A stretch of 63,819 nucleotides of DNA, counting the filler, from Octopus bimaculoides (taxonomy: Eukaryota): NCBI RefSeq assembly GCF_001194135.2. It is 8 parts of 8 records of this genome, joined end to end, with 100 filler letters (N's around TTAATTAATTAA, not from the genome) between each part and the next. Parts side by side here need not be neighbours in the genome. Positions count along the whole stretch, not along the records: positions 21,876 to 46,605 come from NC_068981.1; 7 more parts are not named here. One strand, written 5' to 3'. Shown here piece by piece: positions 25,745 through 38,879 of this stretch (the first letter of the stretch is position 1; each line of letters starts with the position of its first letter). The notes beneath the pieces are model-generated. The model did no database searches. It saw nothing but the letters and a program-made list of their open reading frames with translations, and was not told the DNA's origin. The position numbers and the translations under genes are program-made.

Positions 25745-28700
25745 TATGAATGTTCTAAAGAAGTTGAATGTAACCCGTAATTTTACCTTCCTTGTTTGTA
25801 TGCAATGTTTAGATTGCTCAGTGCAACTGCTGACCGTATGTGAAGATGATTTCTAGTGTTGCTGGTAAAAAAGGAATTAGTGTGTTTGGTAGGTGTTACT
25901 TTAAATTTATTTTAAGAGGTTATTTTTCTATGTCTTTTAAGCAAGGTTAGAACAGTTGTGCAGCATTTTCTGAAGAATAATGAATGACATTAATGTGAAT
26001 CAATCTGCATATGAAGCTTCCTCTGTAAATCTTTGTGAAATATCCCTGAATTGTGCATGTATAAATTTAAATGATTGCACGAGAAAACGGACCCCTGTAA
26101 TAATCCATCTAAATAATTGTAAAAACCTGGAAATGTGATGTTTGTGAATTTAGCCTGATAATTAACTAGGCAGCATTTTATCTTTGTACAGATTATCGTA
26201 AATTTTAGTAGAGAAAGTGGAAGGACATAAAATAGAAAACTTTGGTTAGGTCGATGGCAGATAGATTCATTTGTGTGAAAAGAATTTAATTTGCGGGATG
26301 GTGGGGATCAGTAAACGTGAACATTTTTTTTTGTTTGATGTGATGGCTGAGTGTTGAAGTTTGAATTTGGATGTGATTTTGAGAGGAGTGAGGTCTAGGT
26401 GAGTAAAGTTTAAGATTCACAGATTTAGAATCTTGGAGAGTGTGAACAGAAAAGTGATAGATATTTCTGATTCTAGGATTTTCTGGGCTTTACGAGTATT
26501 ATAATTTTATCCAGTTTCGAGATTCCGGAAATTGGATACCGTTCGAAATTGTGGTTGCAGTTGTTGGTGAGTGAAATGATTTCTTCAGACTTTAAATGTT
26601 TTACGTTTATCATAGTAATATAGTCTAACCCTGAGGATTTTTACTTCTTAAATTTCCCTATGGAATTTTGGATGTTTGATGGAGGGAAGGATTAAAAATT
26701 GTGTTCTAGGCGGAATGTGTGTAATTTTCCTTGTGCAGTTTTAGAGACTTGTTCTCGTAATATATTTGATAAGATGGTTCATTTGATATTGCAACGTTTA
26801 GATGTTGGATGACATGTTTACAAAATTTATTTCTGTCTGAAGACCGTGTTAAAATTCTATGTGCATTCGTGTATCTATATCGCTGTTGATGTTGTTGCTT
26901 CTACTGATTATATCACTATTATCTTTGTAAAGTGTAATTTTTCTGGAGTGTTCGTAAATTATATTGTTTATTAGAATTTGTGTAAATAATCTGTAGACTG
27001 TAATACACAGTTATGGGAATTTTAGAAGCTGGTTCGTGCAAAGTCATAAATTGTGTCGTATTGTTTAGTTTTACAGGAAGGAGTCTATAGGACACATTTC
27101 TTTTAAAATATCGAATCTTTCTGCTCTCCAACATTAAAATGAAATTATATAATCCTGAACTGTTTACAGAGACTGTCCGGTATCCTTCCGGTGTCACAAT
27201 TATTTCGAAATAAAGGTTTACACAAGGAACGTTGTAAACTTTCTCTACACTTTCATTCAAAAAGGATCCAAAGTTATTCTGGAAGGCAAAAACTAACTAT
27301 GAGTTGGGTTTTATAAATACCTCCGTTGACTTCAGATAAGAAATCATTTTATTTTATATACAAGTATGTATGTATTCTGGCAGTTTTACTACAACGGTGT
27401 TTTGCATCTTCCTCGTAGTTAAATAGTATACAATCTAGTCCGTAGGAGAGACATTCTTCACATAATTGATGTATGGCTTTATTTCTTTATTATCTATATA
27501 AAATATTTTCTAGACAGGTTTGCAAGCCTGGAGATGTTCTTTCCATTTCATTATTCTATGTCTGGTTTTGTTATGTGGATTTCAGGTAGTGGGCCTGCAG
27601 GAATAATATGTCCACTCAAGAAACTAATCTATGGTACATGCAACAGAAAAATTAACAGTGAAGAGAAAACTGTTCTCCGGTTATTGGTTAAAAGTAACAG
27701 TAAAAAACCATGAATATTAGCAGAGAGACTAGGAACATGTGTATAAGTAAAAGCATCCCTCGCATGCATCATTGTGACCAAAGACACATAATCCACAGAC
27801 TACATATTCCTGTCCTGTATCTAAACAACATTTCTAATCAAACATGTATCAACATGTAAAACCTCACTTGACCTCGTAGCTGTTGTTATGGTTTTCATCA
27901 ATCACTGATGGCTGATCAGATGCAAACACATGCGCTTAATGAGTCATATTTTTTACTGTGTTTTCCTAACTTTTCTCGCTTATATATTAAAAGTTCTAGC
28001 TGACATATTGACAGTCAATGGATATATAGATATATAAGTAGAGAGTAATGTAAAAATTATATAATTATATAATTATAAACGTTTTTCTTCTTCATATAAA
28101 TATATATGATAACGTTGTTTAATAACAATTCTTAACACTATATTGATTCCTTACATAAGATTGCTCATAATTAACACATGCACTATAAATGTAATGTGTA
28201 AATTTATTCATTGTATAGAATATTGACAGAGTAAAATAAAATTTATTTTGAGGTGAACGATGAACAATATTTTTTCATGACTAATATAATAGATATAATG
28301 ATTTCCACTTTAGGGAAATTTAGAGCGTGTTTCATTTTCTTTGAGCGGAGAGTCACTGTTGGAAGTGTTAAACTTGCCGTAACATGCCGCAGAATAAGCG
28401 ATCGAAATGCTCATTGAAGTTCATTTGATGATCTGTAGGAACGACTTTTGTGTGTTATTTACGTGTTCAGCTCACACTTACAAGCACATACAGACACACA
28501 CACACATACACACACACTCACACACACATAGTTACAAACACACAAATATATATTGAAGACATAAAGAAAATTGACATAAATATGTAGGTAGAAATAATAT
28601 GCCCCTGATCATATCAGTTATCCACACACACACACACACACACACACACCACGCACACACACCATACACACACACACATACACACACATGCACACACACA

Positions 28701-29055
28701 CGCCAGTACATACACACTCACACACAGACACTCATATATATGCTGAAAACATAAAAAAGGAGAATGCTTTGAGAACTTTACCATGGAAAAGTGAGACAAT
28801 ATTTACGATATTAACTAAGCAACTACTGGTTTCTATTGTTTTAAGAAGATAACCTATTCATGTTTAAATAAAAGGAAAAATAATTCATATTCATTCAGTT
28901 GAAGTTTTCATAATATCAGTTCAGTTTACGTGATTTTGTTATAAAAATCACTTAGTGCTGTATTTCATGTCCTTTCTGTTGTTTAGTAGCAGCTGACAGC
29001 ATCAGCAGCCGGTAGTGAGTTAAATAAACATGAAACAGTAGAAACAAGACTGACC

Positions 29056-29111
<56 letters not shown>

Positions 29112-29649
29112 AATTATCAGTTCTGAACTTACAAAATTGAGCATCTTAGATGATTTGCACTACACACATGAAGACTCAGAACTCCTCTGAGGTATGTGTA
29201 CAGATTGAAATCTATTGGCATACTTTGCATCTGTTTGGCATTGCTATTTTGAAAGGCGATGAGCCTATATTTAAAATGTCAGTGAGAAAAAGGGTCTTGC
29301 TGTTAAAACGTCAAACATAATTGAGGAACTACAAGAGAAATAACAAGAACATCATTAAAAAAATGTCAATAAAATCCACTTTTATTGAGAAGTGCACAAA
29401 TTGAATGTCAGCATAATCTAGTATATAACTCAGTCATTTATTAAGGTGGAGGATTATTTCATAAATAACTGGCTGGTATTTAAGGCTGATAATACGGGCC
29501 TACAGAAAAAAATAAAATTCTTCCACCATAAAAGATTTTAACTTTTTCAAGCAATTTCGATGTTCTGATTTCATAAACCCGTTAATTTTGACCCAGAATG
29601 TCTGGATGTTTTCTTATGAAAAGCCACAATAGTTTTGGGAGAAAAATGC

Positions 29650-30730
29650 TACCTATGCCATAGGCAAAATCTGAGGTCGAAATTCTTTATAGAACAACAA
29701 AATACAAGCTCATAAATAATTAGCAATTAATTTTGCAAAACAGGTCACCTTGTTCATCGCTCAGCTTACACAGATTTTCAGAAAATCTTTCCAAATGACT
29801 AAAAAAAAAAAACATTTTTAATACTCATGTTACTACCAAGGGCATGAAATCTGTGAATTAAATAGTTTTATAACCTCTACAGACGCATTCTAGACCGTTG
29901 CTTCAACCTTATTCACAAAATAGTACAAAATTAGGATCTATGATAGTTAATTTCTGGTTTGATTGAAAATACCAGCATTCAAATTTGCTTCGCTAAATCC
30001 GGGAAGCGCTCTATGAGTATAGTTTAATCAATCTCATTCCTTGTCCAGGGCTTTCACAACCTACTTCATGAAATCCAAAATAATATGAAGGGTCAAGAAT
30101 ATAATTATATTTCTGTCAACTAAAGTCTCTTAATCACGAACCAAGTCATTCACTTCATTTTGTGAAAACAGCTCCCGTATTGATTCTTCAACATAATTTT
30201 GTTCCGCTGTTCATTGCTTAGCAATTCATCATCTGACTCATGTATATCTTCCTTATCTAGGTCACTAATCACTTTGTAAACTGGTACATGAATCTCATCA
30301 GACTGTTTATGCCAGTTCTATATATTCATATATTCATTGATGCTAGTTCTATATATTCATATATATTCATATATATATTCTATATATTCATTTTTCATTT
30401 TGTTTTTAAAATATCGAAACTTTTAGTATAAATCAAACACAAATAGCAAACTCTAAAATGATATTCAGGTTACTTCCAAATCAATGGCATTCCAAATTCT
30501 CTTTCCTTCCTCTTCCTACTTGCCAATCCTCACAGATTTACTAGATACGTTTCGCAAAATTCACGAGAAACCCAGTCCTTATCTTGGTCTCCTATTTTCA
30601 GTTTAACGTATAGGATTTATAACTTTTTAAATAAATCATTGAGTCTTCATTTTTTTCTGCAAAATGTATGAGCCACTCATAAAACAAAAAGTCAGGATCA
30701 TTTAAGCATTTTCTTTGCTTCGAAGACGTT
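29650..30730 (-). mobile_element. DNA-transposon transposase relic, probably Chapaev (CMC) type
   Basis: Manual translation: CLNDPDF; GDQDKDWVSREFCET...KRKEREFGMPLIWK*PEYHFRVCYLC (Cys/His N-terminal domain); ELFSQNEVNDLVRD; LHIILDFMK*VVKALDKE; PGFSEANLNAGIF; SHLERFSENL..LSDEQG. Family assignment is from recalled motifs, not a search. Internally deleted with many stops. Confidence 0.65.
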
Positions 30731-31503
30731 ATTTATTGTTATTTTTATCGTGAAATCATAAAGCAAACATTAAAAAATGAATTTATATATGCAAGCAGTC
30801 AAGTCAATTTCATTGAGACTATTTGAGAGTTTTCTGAGATAATTGTTTAAAAGGAAAATACTTTTCTTGCCGAAAAAATTTAAGGTATCTCTATACAAGA
30901 TTCATTCCATGAAATCAATTCAATGGACTTATAAAATTTCAAGAATCTTTGACATTGTAATGGTGTTTGAAATTTTATGAAACAATTTATATAATTTTCT
31001 ATATCTTTGAAATATCGGAGGCAGCAAAATTGTAATAAGAGGAAACTACTTAAATTTGGCAAGAATTTTCTGAAGTTTTCAACAAATATTCAAATTTTAA
31101 TAAACCACGTAGGTACTTTTTAAGTGATTTTTCCCACCGACAGATTGTATTAAAATGTATAATCTTATCAGACTCAGAGAAAACGTTACAGCAATACTTA
31201 GATTCATAGCCACATCTCAAATATTGAACCGCTCAAAAATATTCACTTCTACAACACACGATGAATCATCAAGTTGAAACAGAAACAGAAAATCTTTCAT
31301 CCCCCAAATAGTCCTCTTGTTTCAATTGTGAAAACCAGACAATAACATTCCACATCATTGCTTTATATAATCCAGAAGGAATAATAGTATGAACATCTCC
31401 AGACCATAGTTTCATCACAATTCTGATTTTACCAGATACAGTATTTCCGCAATAGAAAAATAATACGAAATGTGAATAAATGGACATTTTCAAAGTCAAC
31501 GCC

Positions 31504-31595
<92 letters not shown>
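31504..31595. repeat. (GTA)n microsatellite
   Basis: Directly visible; source of the poly-V ORF 31480-31779. Confidence 0.97.
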
Positions 31596-31596
<1 letters not shown>

Positions 31597-32757
31597 TTAG
31601 CGGTAGTAGCAGCAACGGCGGCAGTAATATTAGTTTTTGTTGTGTTGGTTATTGTGTTTGATTTTGTTGTTGCCTTTACGCCAAAGTCCGCCTATTTCGA
31701 GCAAATATATCATATCAAAGGTATTGGAGTTCAGACTTTAGAATTATATTATTTAATATGTGGGTGTTTTGTTAGATAATTGTACGTGATTTCAGAAATA
31801 TTTGCTTGTTACTTCTGGCAAGTTGAGCGACAATGTTCAGGCTTGTTAGAGAAATTGTAGTATTTATTGTTTAGCTCCTGTTCCATGAGACTAATCATTC
31901 GAATGGTAGCGTGCGATGTGAGGGAGTTTTGACTGCTATCACAAAGACACCAAGCGACCATGTAGAGACACTGTTTTAGCAAAATAGCTGTATACAGTAG
32001 TGATGATGAATGCAAGATCTGTTCAGAACGGTTGGGTTATCCTGTAGATAGATTTTAGGTAAAATATAATCACATATCACGCTATCTGTTTAGACATGCA
32101 TGTGAGCACGCAGGTAGGAAACAGAAAAACGATAAAAATAAAATAAAGACAAAATCAAAAACAAGACTAAGGTGAATATATAGTTAATACCTTAGTCGCT
32201 AGCGTTATCTTCTTTCTTTCCCTTTACAATCTGAGTTCAAATCCCACGGAAGTCAACTTTGTTTTTCATCTAGCACTATTTAAGTGCTGTGATCGACTTC
32301 ATCGTTTATACCCTTCTCTAAGATGCATGACCTCGAGCAAATATTAGAAACGATGTATATTAAAATCTGATGAAATTTTGTGAGAGTTTATTAGTTCAGT
32401 TGCCAACTAAGAGTTGATGCACACGTCTTGATGTCTGTTCTAATTAATTCGTGACCCTATTATTAAGCAATATCGGCAGTCTCCATATAACTTTATCATT
32501 TTATTCATTAGATTGTGGCCATGCGGGTTTACAGCGTTCAAGGGTTTTAGTGAAATATATCGACAGCGAAGACGGAAGTTAATCTGAAAACTTGGCTACC
32601 AGGCAGAACATTTGTAGCTTTAAGATTACAAACTTGTTATTTTAAAAATATATGAGTGTTTAAGTAGAGCAAGGGTATTATACCTGTAAAGACAATGGGG
32701 TTGTCGACTCTATCTCAAAGTCATCGGAATGAATTACAATGTTGTTGGCATAATCTA

Positions 32758-33920
32758 TTAGGTTGTCAAGAAAGTTCTTGCGGAATTTTTAATTTTGGTT
32801 TTAAATGATGTATTTTCAAACTAATTTTCGTTAAACTACTTTGACTTTATATATTAGTTTAAAACCCGTTTTTCGCTCTATCTAATCGTGTTACTCTTTT
32901 TTTTTTTGAATAATTAGGCCATTTCTTTCTGGAACGTTGAATACAACATGGACGAAAAGCAAATTCGCACAATTTTCTTATTCCAGTTCAAGCTAGGCCG
33001 AAAAGCTGCTGAAACAGCTCGCGATATCAATGATGCGTTTGGCCCAGGAACCACTAATGGACGTACATCACAATGGTGGTTCAAGAAATTTCGTAGTGGT
33101 GACGAGAGTCTTGAAGATGATAAGCGTAGTGGTTGGTCATCGGATGTTGACAACGAACAACTAAGAGCCTTAGTCGAAGCCAATCCACGCACAACTGTTC
33201 GAGAGCTTGCTTCTGAATTAAACGTAACGTATACGACAATGTCCAACCACTTGAAAGAGATTGAGAAAACAAAAATACTTGAGAAATGGGTGCCGCACGA
33301 ATTGAACGAACCCCCCCCCCCCCAAAAAAAAAAACACCGTTTTGAAGTATTGTATTCCCTCTTTTACGCAACAAAAACGACCCGTTTCTCGACCGGATTG
33401 TAACTTGCGATGAAAAGTGGATTATTTACAACAACCAGTGACGTTCAGCTCAGTGGTTGGACACCGACGAAGCTCCACGGCACTTCCCGAAGCCAAAGTT
33501 GCACCAAGAGAAGGCCATGGTGACTGTTTAGTGGTCTGCGGCCGGTCTCATCCATCACAGCTTTTTTGATCCAGGCGAAACTATTACGGCGGAGAAGTAC
33601 TGTCAGCAAATGGACGAAATGCATAAGAAACTCCGACAACAACAGCCAGCATTGGTCAATAGAAAAGGACCAATTCTTCTCCACGACAAAGCTCGGTCGC
33701 ACGTCGCACAACTGACCCTGCAGAAGTTGAACGAATTGGGCTACGAAACTCTGCCTCATCCGCCATACTCACCAAACCTCTCACCAAACCTCTCACCTAC
33801 CGACTACCACTTTTTCAATCATCTCGACAACTTCTTGCGTGAGAAATGCTTCAAAAACCAAGACGATGCCAAACACACCTTCAACGATTTCATTGCCACC
33901 AGAACGCAGGATTTTTACGC
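32758..33920 (+). mobile_element. Mariner (DD34D) transposon, 3'-truncated
   Basis: TA then TIR-like TTAGGTTGTCAAGAAAGTTCTTGCGG at 32758; transposase follows at 32948. No matching 3' TIR found. Confidence 0.92.
32948..33920 (+). pseudogene. Mariner transposase pseudogene (Hsmar1/cecropia-like)
   Basis: MDEKQIRTIFLFQFKLGRKAAETARDINDAFG..., WVPHEL, TCDEKW, LLHDKARSH, PPYSPNLSPNLSPTDYHFF. Frameshift at the C12-A10 tract (~33311-33332), in-frame TGA/TAG, homology lost after RTQDFYA. Confidence 0.92.
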
Positions 33921-34869
33921 GTTCTGTTATAACTGTTATGAAAAGCTGCAGGATTTCGGAGTTTGTCAAGATTTCAGAACCTTCACAGTGTTTGCGGTAA
34001 AAGTTTTCTTTGAGCTTAATTTAAATTTTTCTTGAGAGAGTTTAAGCTAGGTCGTAACAAAGTGGCAAAACTTACAGATTTAATAGAGTTTCCATTGTTT
34101 GTAAAATTTGTTCGTATAAAATCCTGATCCATCTAACACGTAGCCTCACTCAAGGTTTTAACGCTACAGCGTTCATGAATGTCTTGTTGTTTTAGTATTA
34201 TGATAAAGTTCATATGATAACCCTTTTTCAACGGAGAATGCATCCGCCTAAAATGCTTGAATTTCTTATAGAATAAAACCCACCTCAGAACATAATAACA
34301 GCAATCGAAGATAACCACTTTACCCTTTCTTTTTGCCAAAGAGCACAAAGCTAGAACAAAGAGCACAATGCTAGAATGTACTGAAGTCACGACCTTACTT
34401 GGGATTAGAATCCCCAGCCTGAGTGATGCTTAAGTTACGGTAGTGACTTTGACAGTGTGGGAATAAAGGCGTTGTGAAAAATCTTCAAGAAATGAAATAG
34501 AGTTTCGTTTGTCCAGTAAAATTTCCGTAAACACGTAGAGAAGAAAGTCACATGAATCCTGCAAAACGTCAATAAGCAGAAATTAATGATTCGGTCACCC
34601 ACATTAGACCGAAACTGATCCAAACTTTCACAATGCCAACAACGACGCTTTTGAGATTCTGAAACAATCTATCAACGGAAAAAAGTAAATCATTATGAAA
34701 AATAAATAGCCCCATTTTGTTGGAATAACTAACTTACGTATGTATGTATGTATGTATGTATGTATGNNNNNNNNNNATGTATGTATGTATGTATGTATGT
34801 ATGTGTGTATGTATGTATGCATGTACATACGCATGCATGTACGTAAGTATGTATGTATGATTTTCTTTG

Positions 34870-36860
34870 AGTTTAATCTAAGCTCTACTCGAAGGAGTTC
34901 AAGCCGGTTGCTAACAAAGTGACAAGATTTATGGAGTTCCCGGTGTTTGTAAATATGCGGATGCAAACCCCAAAATGTGTGCATCTCTTCAAATAAGAAT
35001 ATCAGATGGAAATCTTTCGAATATCTTAGAAATCTTAACTGTATCACTGATACAATGGATTTAGAAAATTCACGTCAATTTCTTTTGCTCTTTTTCCGTG
35101 AAATAGAGTATTCCAAAGTTTTTGTACAATGTTGTTCGTTCATAACCTAATGCACCTGTAATGATAGGTGTAAATGCGAATTCATAATCAGAGCTCAAGA
35201 GATGTAAGTCCGGCATTAATTCTCCATAAATGTTATATTTTCCCTAAAGTTTTGACTGTAATTTCACATCCGCTATGCAGCTGACCTCCACAACAATGCA
35301 CGTCTTTTGTTCCCTATCCTACAGAATAATATGAGGCCTATACTGAATTGATATTTTTATTGGGGTGTTCCAACAGTATTTCCTGTGTGAATATCTGCTG
35401 GTTCTGACATGCCTTTGATGTACACGTTAGAGCAGTCCTTCCCACGGACGTCATTGTAAACGATCTTTGCAAGTATATCATGTCTTAGGTGTTGGTAGTA
35501 TCTCTTAGACCTTTGGTAGGTTTCGTTCCTCTTGCTTATCGTGTATTTAATAACTATCTCTTGTTCCGTGACAGTGAAGGCATATCCATCTAGGTGGGAT
35601 GTAATGATTCTATCGCAGGTCCAGGAAAGGTTACTCTCTTCCTGTCGATATTGTTGCTTACAAGATATGTACCCCTTTATTGCGTTTTGTTGGCATGATT
35701 CCTGCTTCTCGTCTAAGCTTCTGTTTAGGTAGACCAGTTAAGCCACCTTTCAGTCGCATGATACTGTTGTATTCTCAGTGTACCTTCACAGTAGTTCCTC
35801 CCCAACTGTGATGATATTGCTGCTCTCACTTTATGAGTATGTATAGAATGGGCTAAATTCGTTCTTTACTATTCATGTGACATACAAAGGCTGTTTGGAT
35901 TGATCTTATGGCTCTATCGGCATTACTTTATCTCACATTAATCCTATCGGTGTCACTATTAATATGGAAGTAACCAGTTGTGGTCAGTACATTTCTGGTT
36001 TTGACATCCAGGCTGCTTTTGTCACCGAGTGTGCTGTCCAATATCCCAAACGTTGGCACTAGCACTTGTACTGCAAAAGCATTCTACAGAAGTACTCTTT
36101 TGTTATGTTGGCTTCAGTGACAGCACCAATGCATGCAACATTCTCATCGATTCGAAGTAGTGGAGATAGACAAACTGATGATGTATTTGTTCTCTGTTTG
36201 TTCGACAATCTTACCTCGGTTGACTATTATGCATGAGCATTTATCTTGCCCAAACACTATTCGTTTATCCCGTGGGTATGTTGTAACCAGTTTGAATTGT
36301 CTCTTGATGTTCGTTATATTACAGAATATAACTTTAGGTTATCAGCAAAAACTGTTTGGGTAACATTAATTTTATTATTTTCTTCATATCCCTGCATGCA
36401 CCCTTGGCATTGTGTTAGGAGAGCTGACAAATAGATTCACCGCCAGTACAAACAGCATTACAGATGAATCATCACACTGGAATATGTCTGTTTATAGCTT
36501 GATTCTTTTTGTAACAATAAGAAATGCTTTAGTAGTTGTCAGTGATAATTGTGTGAACCACGTCGCAGTGTGTCTTTCAATGGAATTCACTATAGCAGCT
36601 TGTAATTTGGCAAGGTGTGGTGTTTCTATCCTGCATGAGCGAGATACAGAGTCGAACAATTTCTTGTAGTTTAGCCATACATTTAACAGTTTACACCGAT
36701 GTGATTGGCTTCCTTAAGGACAGCTTTGTTGGGGAGGAGCTATTCTGCACAGCCCCAGACTTTTTTCTTTCTTTCTGCCTATTCGTCAATTATTACACTA
36801 TTTGTTTGACATTGGCGTTGTAGAAACATATCCAGACAATTTACCGTTTGCATATTACGT
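34870..36860 (-). mobile_element. REL-endonuclease non-LTR retrotransposon remnant (R4/Dong-like), 5'-truncated
   Basis: Manual translation: WLNYKKLFDSVSRS; IFQCDDSS..LFVLAVN; FADNLKLY; TSHLDGYAFTVTEQEI; LRHDILAKIVY; YRPHIIL.DREQKTCIVVEVSCIAD; PIITGALGY. This is RT followed by a C-terminal restriction-like endonuclease. The 3' end runs into (CATA)n. Confidence 0.8.
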
Positions 36861-38278
36861 TCAGGCGGCATGCAATGGGTTTATAGTTTGGCGCCACACT
36901 GGTCTCTTTGTTCTTGTGGATAAGAGTAGTCCATGAAACCATCAGTTAATCTCACTCAGTGTCCATTTTTTAAAGAAACAGTTTCGTAAACTTTCATGCC
37001 AAGACATGAAAATAATTTTGAACTTCGCTTTGCAATAAAATGTTTCTGTTAAACTTACGAAACACACGATACAGTAACATAGGTAATGCTCCAGAATTCA
37101 TATCTTTTAACTGTATGAGCCGAGTATGTGTTTTTCGTTGGCACAAAAGGTCAGGAAAAGCAAATTCACCGAGAATATGACACCCTCTTTTGTCATTAAG
37201 AGTATGGTATACATTCGATAGGTTCCCTATGGCTAAACAGTCATCAAAGACAACTTTGTGAATATTTTGAGGGAATTCAGAAAGGGATTTCGTTGTAAAA
37301 GGCCAGAGTACCTAGACCAAGAGAAGGCACCACTTCACAGCTCGAACCCAGAATGATAGTGACAACAGCTTAGAAGACAACAAATGTGGCCAGCAAGGCG
37401 CTACACACATTCGAAACTTGTCGCTCTAAAATTCCGGATGACATCTCTGTGCTATCAAGCTGAGTCCCTGACATCAGATACTGTCTTTTATAACACTCAC
37501 CATCGGCAAGTCCCCTTAACTAATACATCCAGTCGTTGGGGTGAAATTCTGGACGTTTTAATAGTCATATGTCTTCACCAGTCACCGTTTTCTGTCATGC
37601 ATAGCATGTTCATTGTGCTGTGACCTCCTCAGTCCTTGATGTTGTCAAACCAGGGATTTTTTCAAAATGGCCTTTATAACGTTAAATATTTTACGATGAC
37701 AAAAATATATTGATTTGTTAGAATGTCGCCTAGCCACATTGTCGCCCAGCCACAATATACTTCTAGTTACCAATATTTTCCGATGAGCTTTTCAGAATAA
37801 GATTCATATTCATAGAGTTATTTCATTTGAACATCACTGTTGTGTAGATTACTCTTATGATAGCTAAGATATTCTGATACAACTTCAAATTTTGGGATTA
37901 CCATTTTCTTCGTAACTTAATGTCACACAACATTTTTCACAGCTAATTATTTTTAAATGAATAATTTTTAAATGAAATTTTCAGCAAAAGATCATTCTCA
38001 TTGAGCATATTCTTTGAAACCCAATTAATATATAATTCACTTTTAAAATAATTGAAATATTTTAATTCAAAGTCAACTTTTCGGTTTACACCAATTTCTG
38101 CCCTCACATATCATGATCTAACTATTTCTTATAATAAACCAAATTTCAATTATTTTATATCCAAACAGCATTCAATTTGGTTGAGAATTGAATTACCGAT
38201 GAAACCTACAACAGCTCGCAATTGTGTAAAAGTTGACCTCAAGCGTATGTACATCACCTGTCGTTGGGTGAATGGTAA

Positions 38279-38320
<42 letters not shown>

Positions 38321-38879
38321 TAAAGTATCAAATATTATTATCGAGTTAGAAAACAGAGAGATCTAATGGATACAAATTAATTTATTAATTAATTAACATA
38401 TTCACCTACAGTTGTTTCATTTCAGGAACAAAATTAAAATTACAAAACATATATAAATATATAATTTTGCATTTTAAATACCTTGTATGAAAGCTCATCA
38501 GGGTGTACAAAGGACAATAAGGATTACATTATGATACGATTGGAATACGCAGAATATATAACCATGTTTATTATGTGCGTATGTATGTGTGCGCGCGCGT
38601 GCGTTAAAATTATTACTTTTATTTTTTTATTCAATAATAATAATAATAATAATAAAAATGATAATAATAATATTTTGAAAGGATTGACGTAACTCTTCAC
38701 AAAGGTAAACAGTCAAGACGAAAAGCGCGATTCGATTGTAAGATATTTTATTAGTTGAACGATATATCGACAGTAAACCTGTCTTTGTCGAGTTCAAAAT
38801 AAGAAGTGATAAAAATTCAAAATTATAGAAATTTAAATTTAATGTATGAACGAGAGCAACTAGCGTCCACATGTTGATG

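Larger units (their letters stand above)
24300..26720 (-). mobile_element. Heavily decayed non-LTR retrotransposon (LINE) RT region, split by a MITE
   Basis: Manual translation, minus strand: KSSGLDYIT...KIIILVKP; AIDLTKVF (motif A); GLLQGSVFS..LNLYM (motif B); SYAD*FTL (motif C); after the MITE, PIMDYVSPL*AP. Many stops. Clade not resolved; may extend to ~27260. Confidence 0.75.

Noticed and set aside
26919-27260. 113-aa ORF as an independent gene
   Set aside because: No recognisable motif; lies upstream of and on the same strand as the decayed LINE RT and is probably part of it.
27534-27712. Short ORF or 48-nt exon containing GSGPAG (GxGxxG-like)
   Set aside because: No preceding hydrophobic beta-strand typical of a Rossmann fold, splice signals ambiguous, no supporting exons.
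32948-34035. Active mariner transposase or SETMAR-like host gene
   Set aside because: Frameshift, internal stops, 3' truncation, and no SET domain or exon structure.
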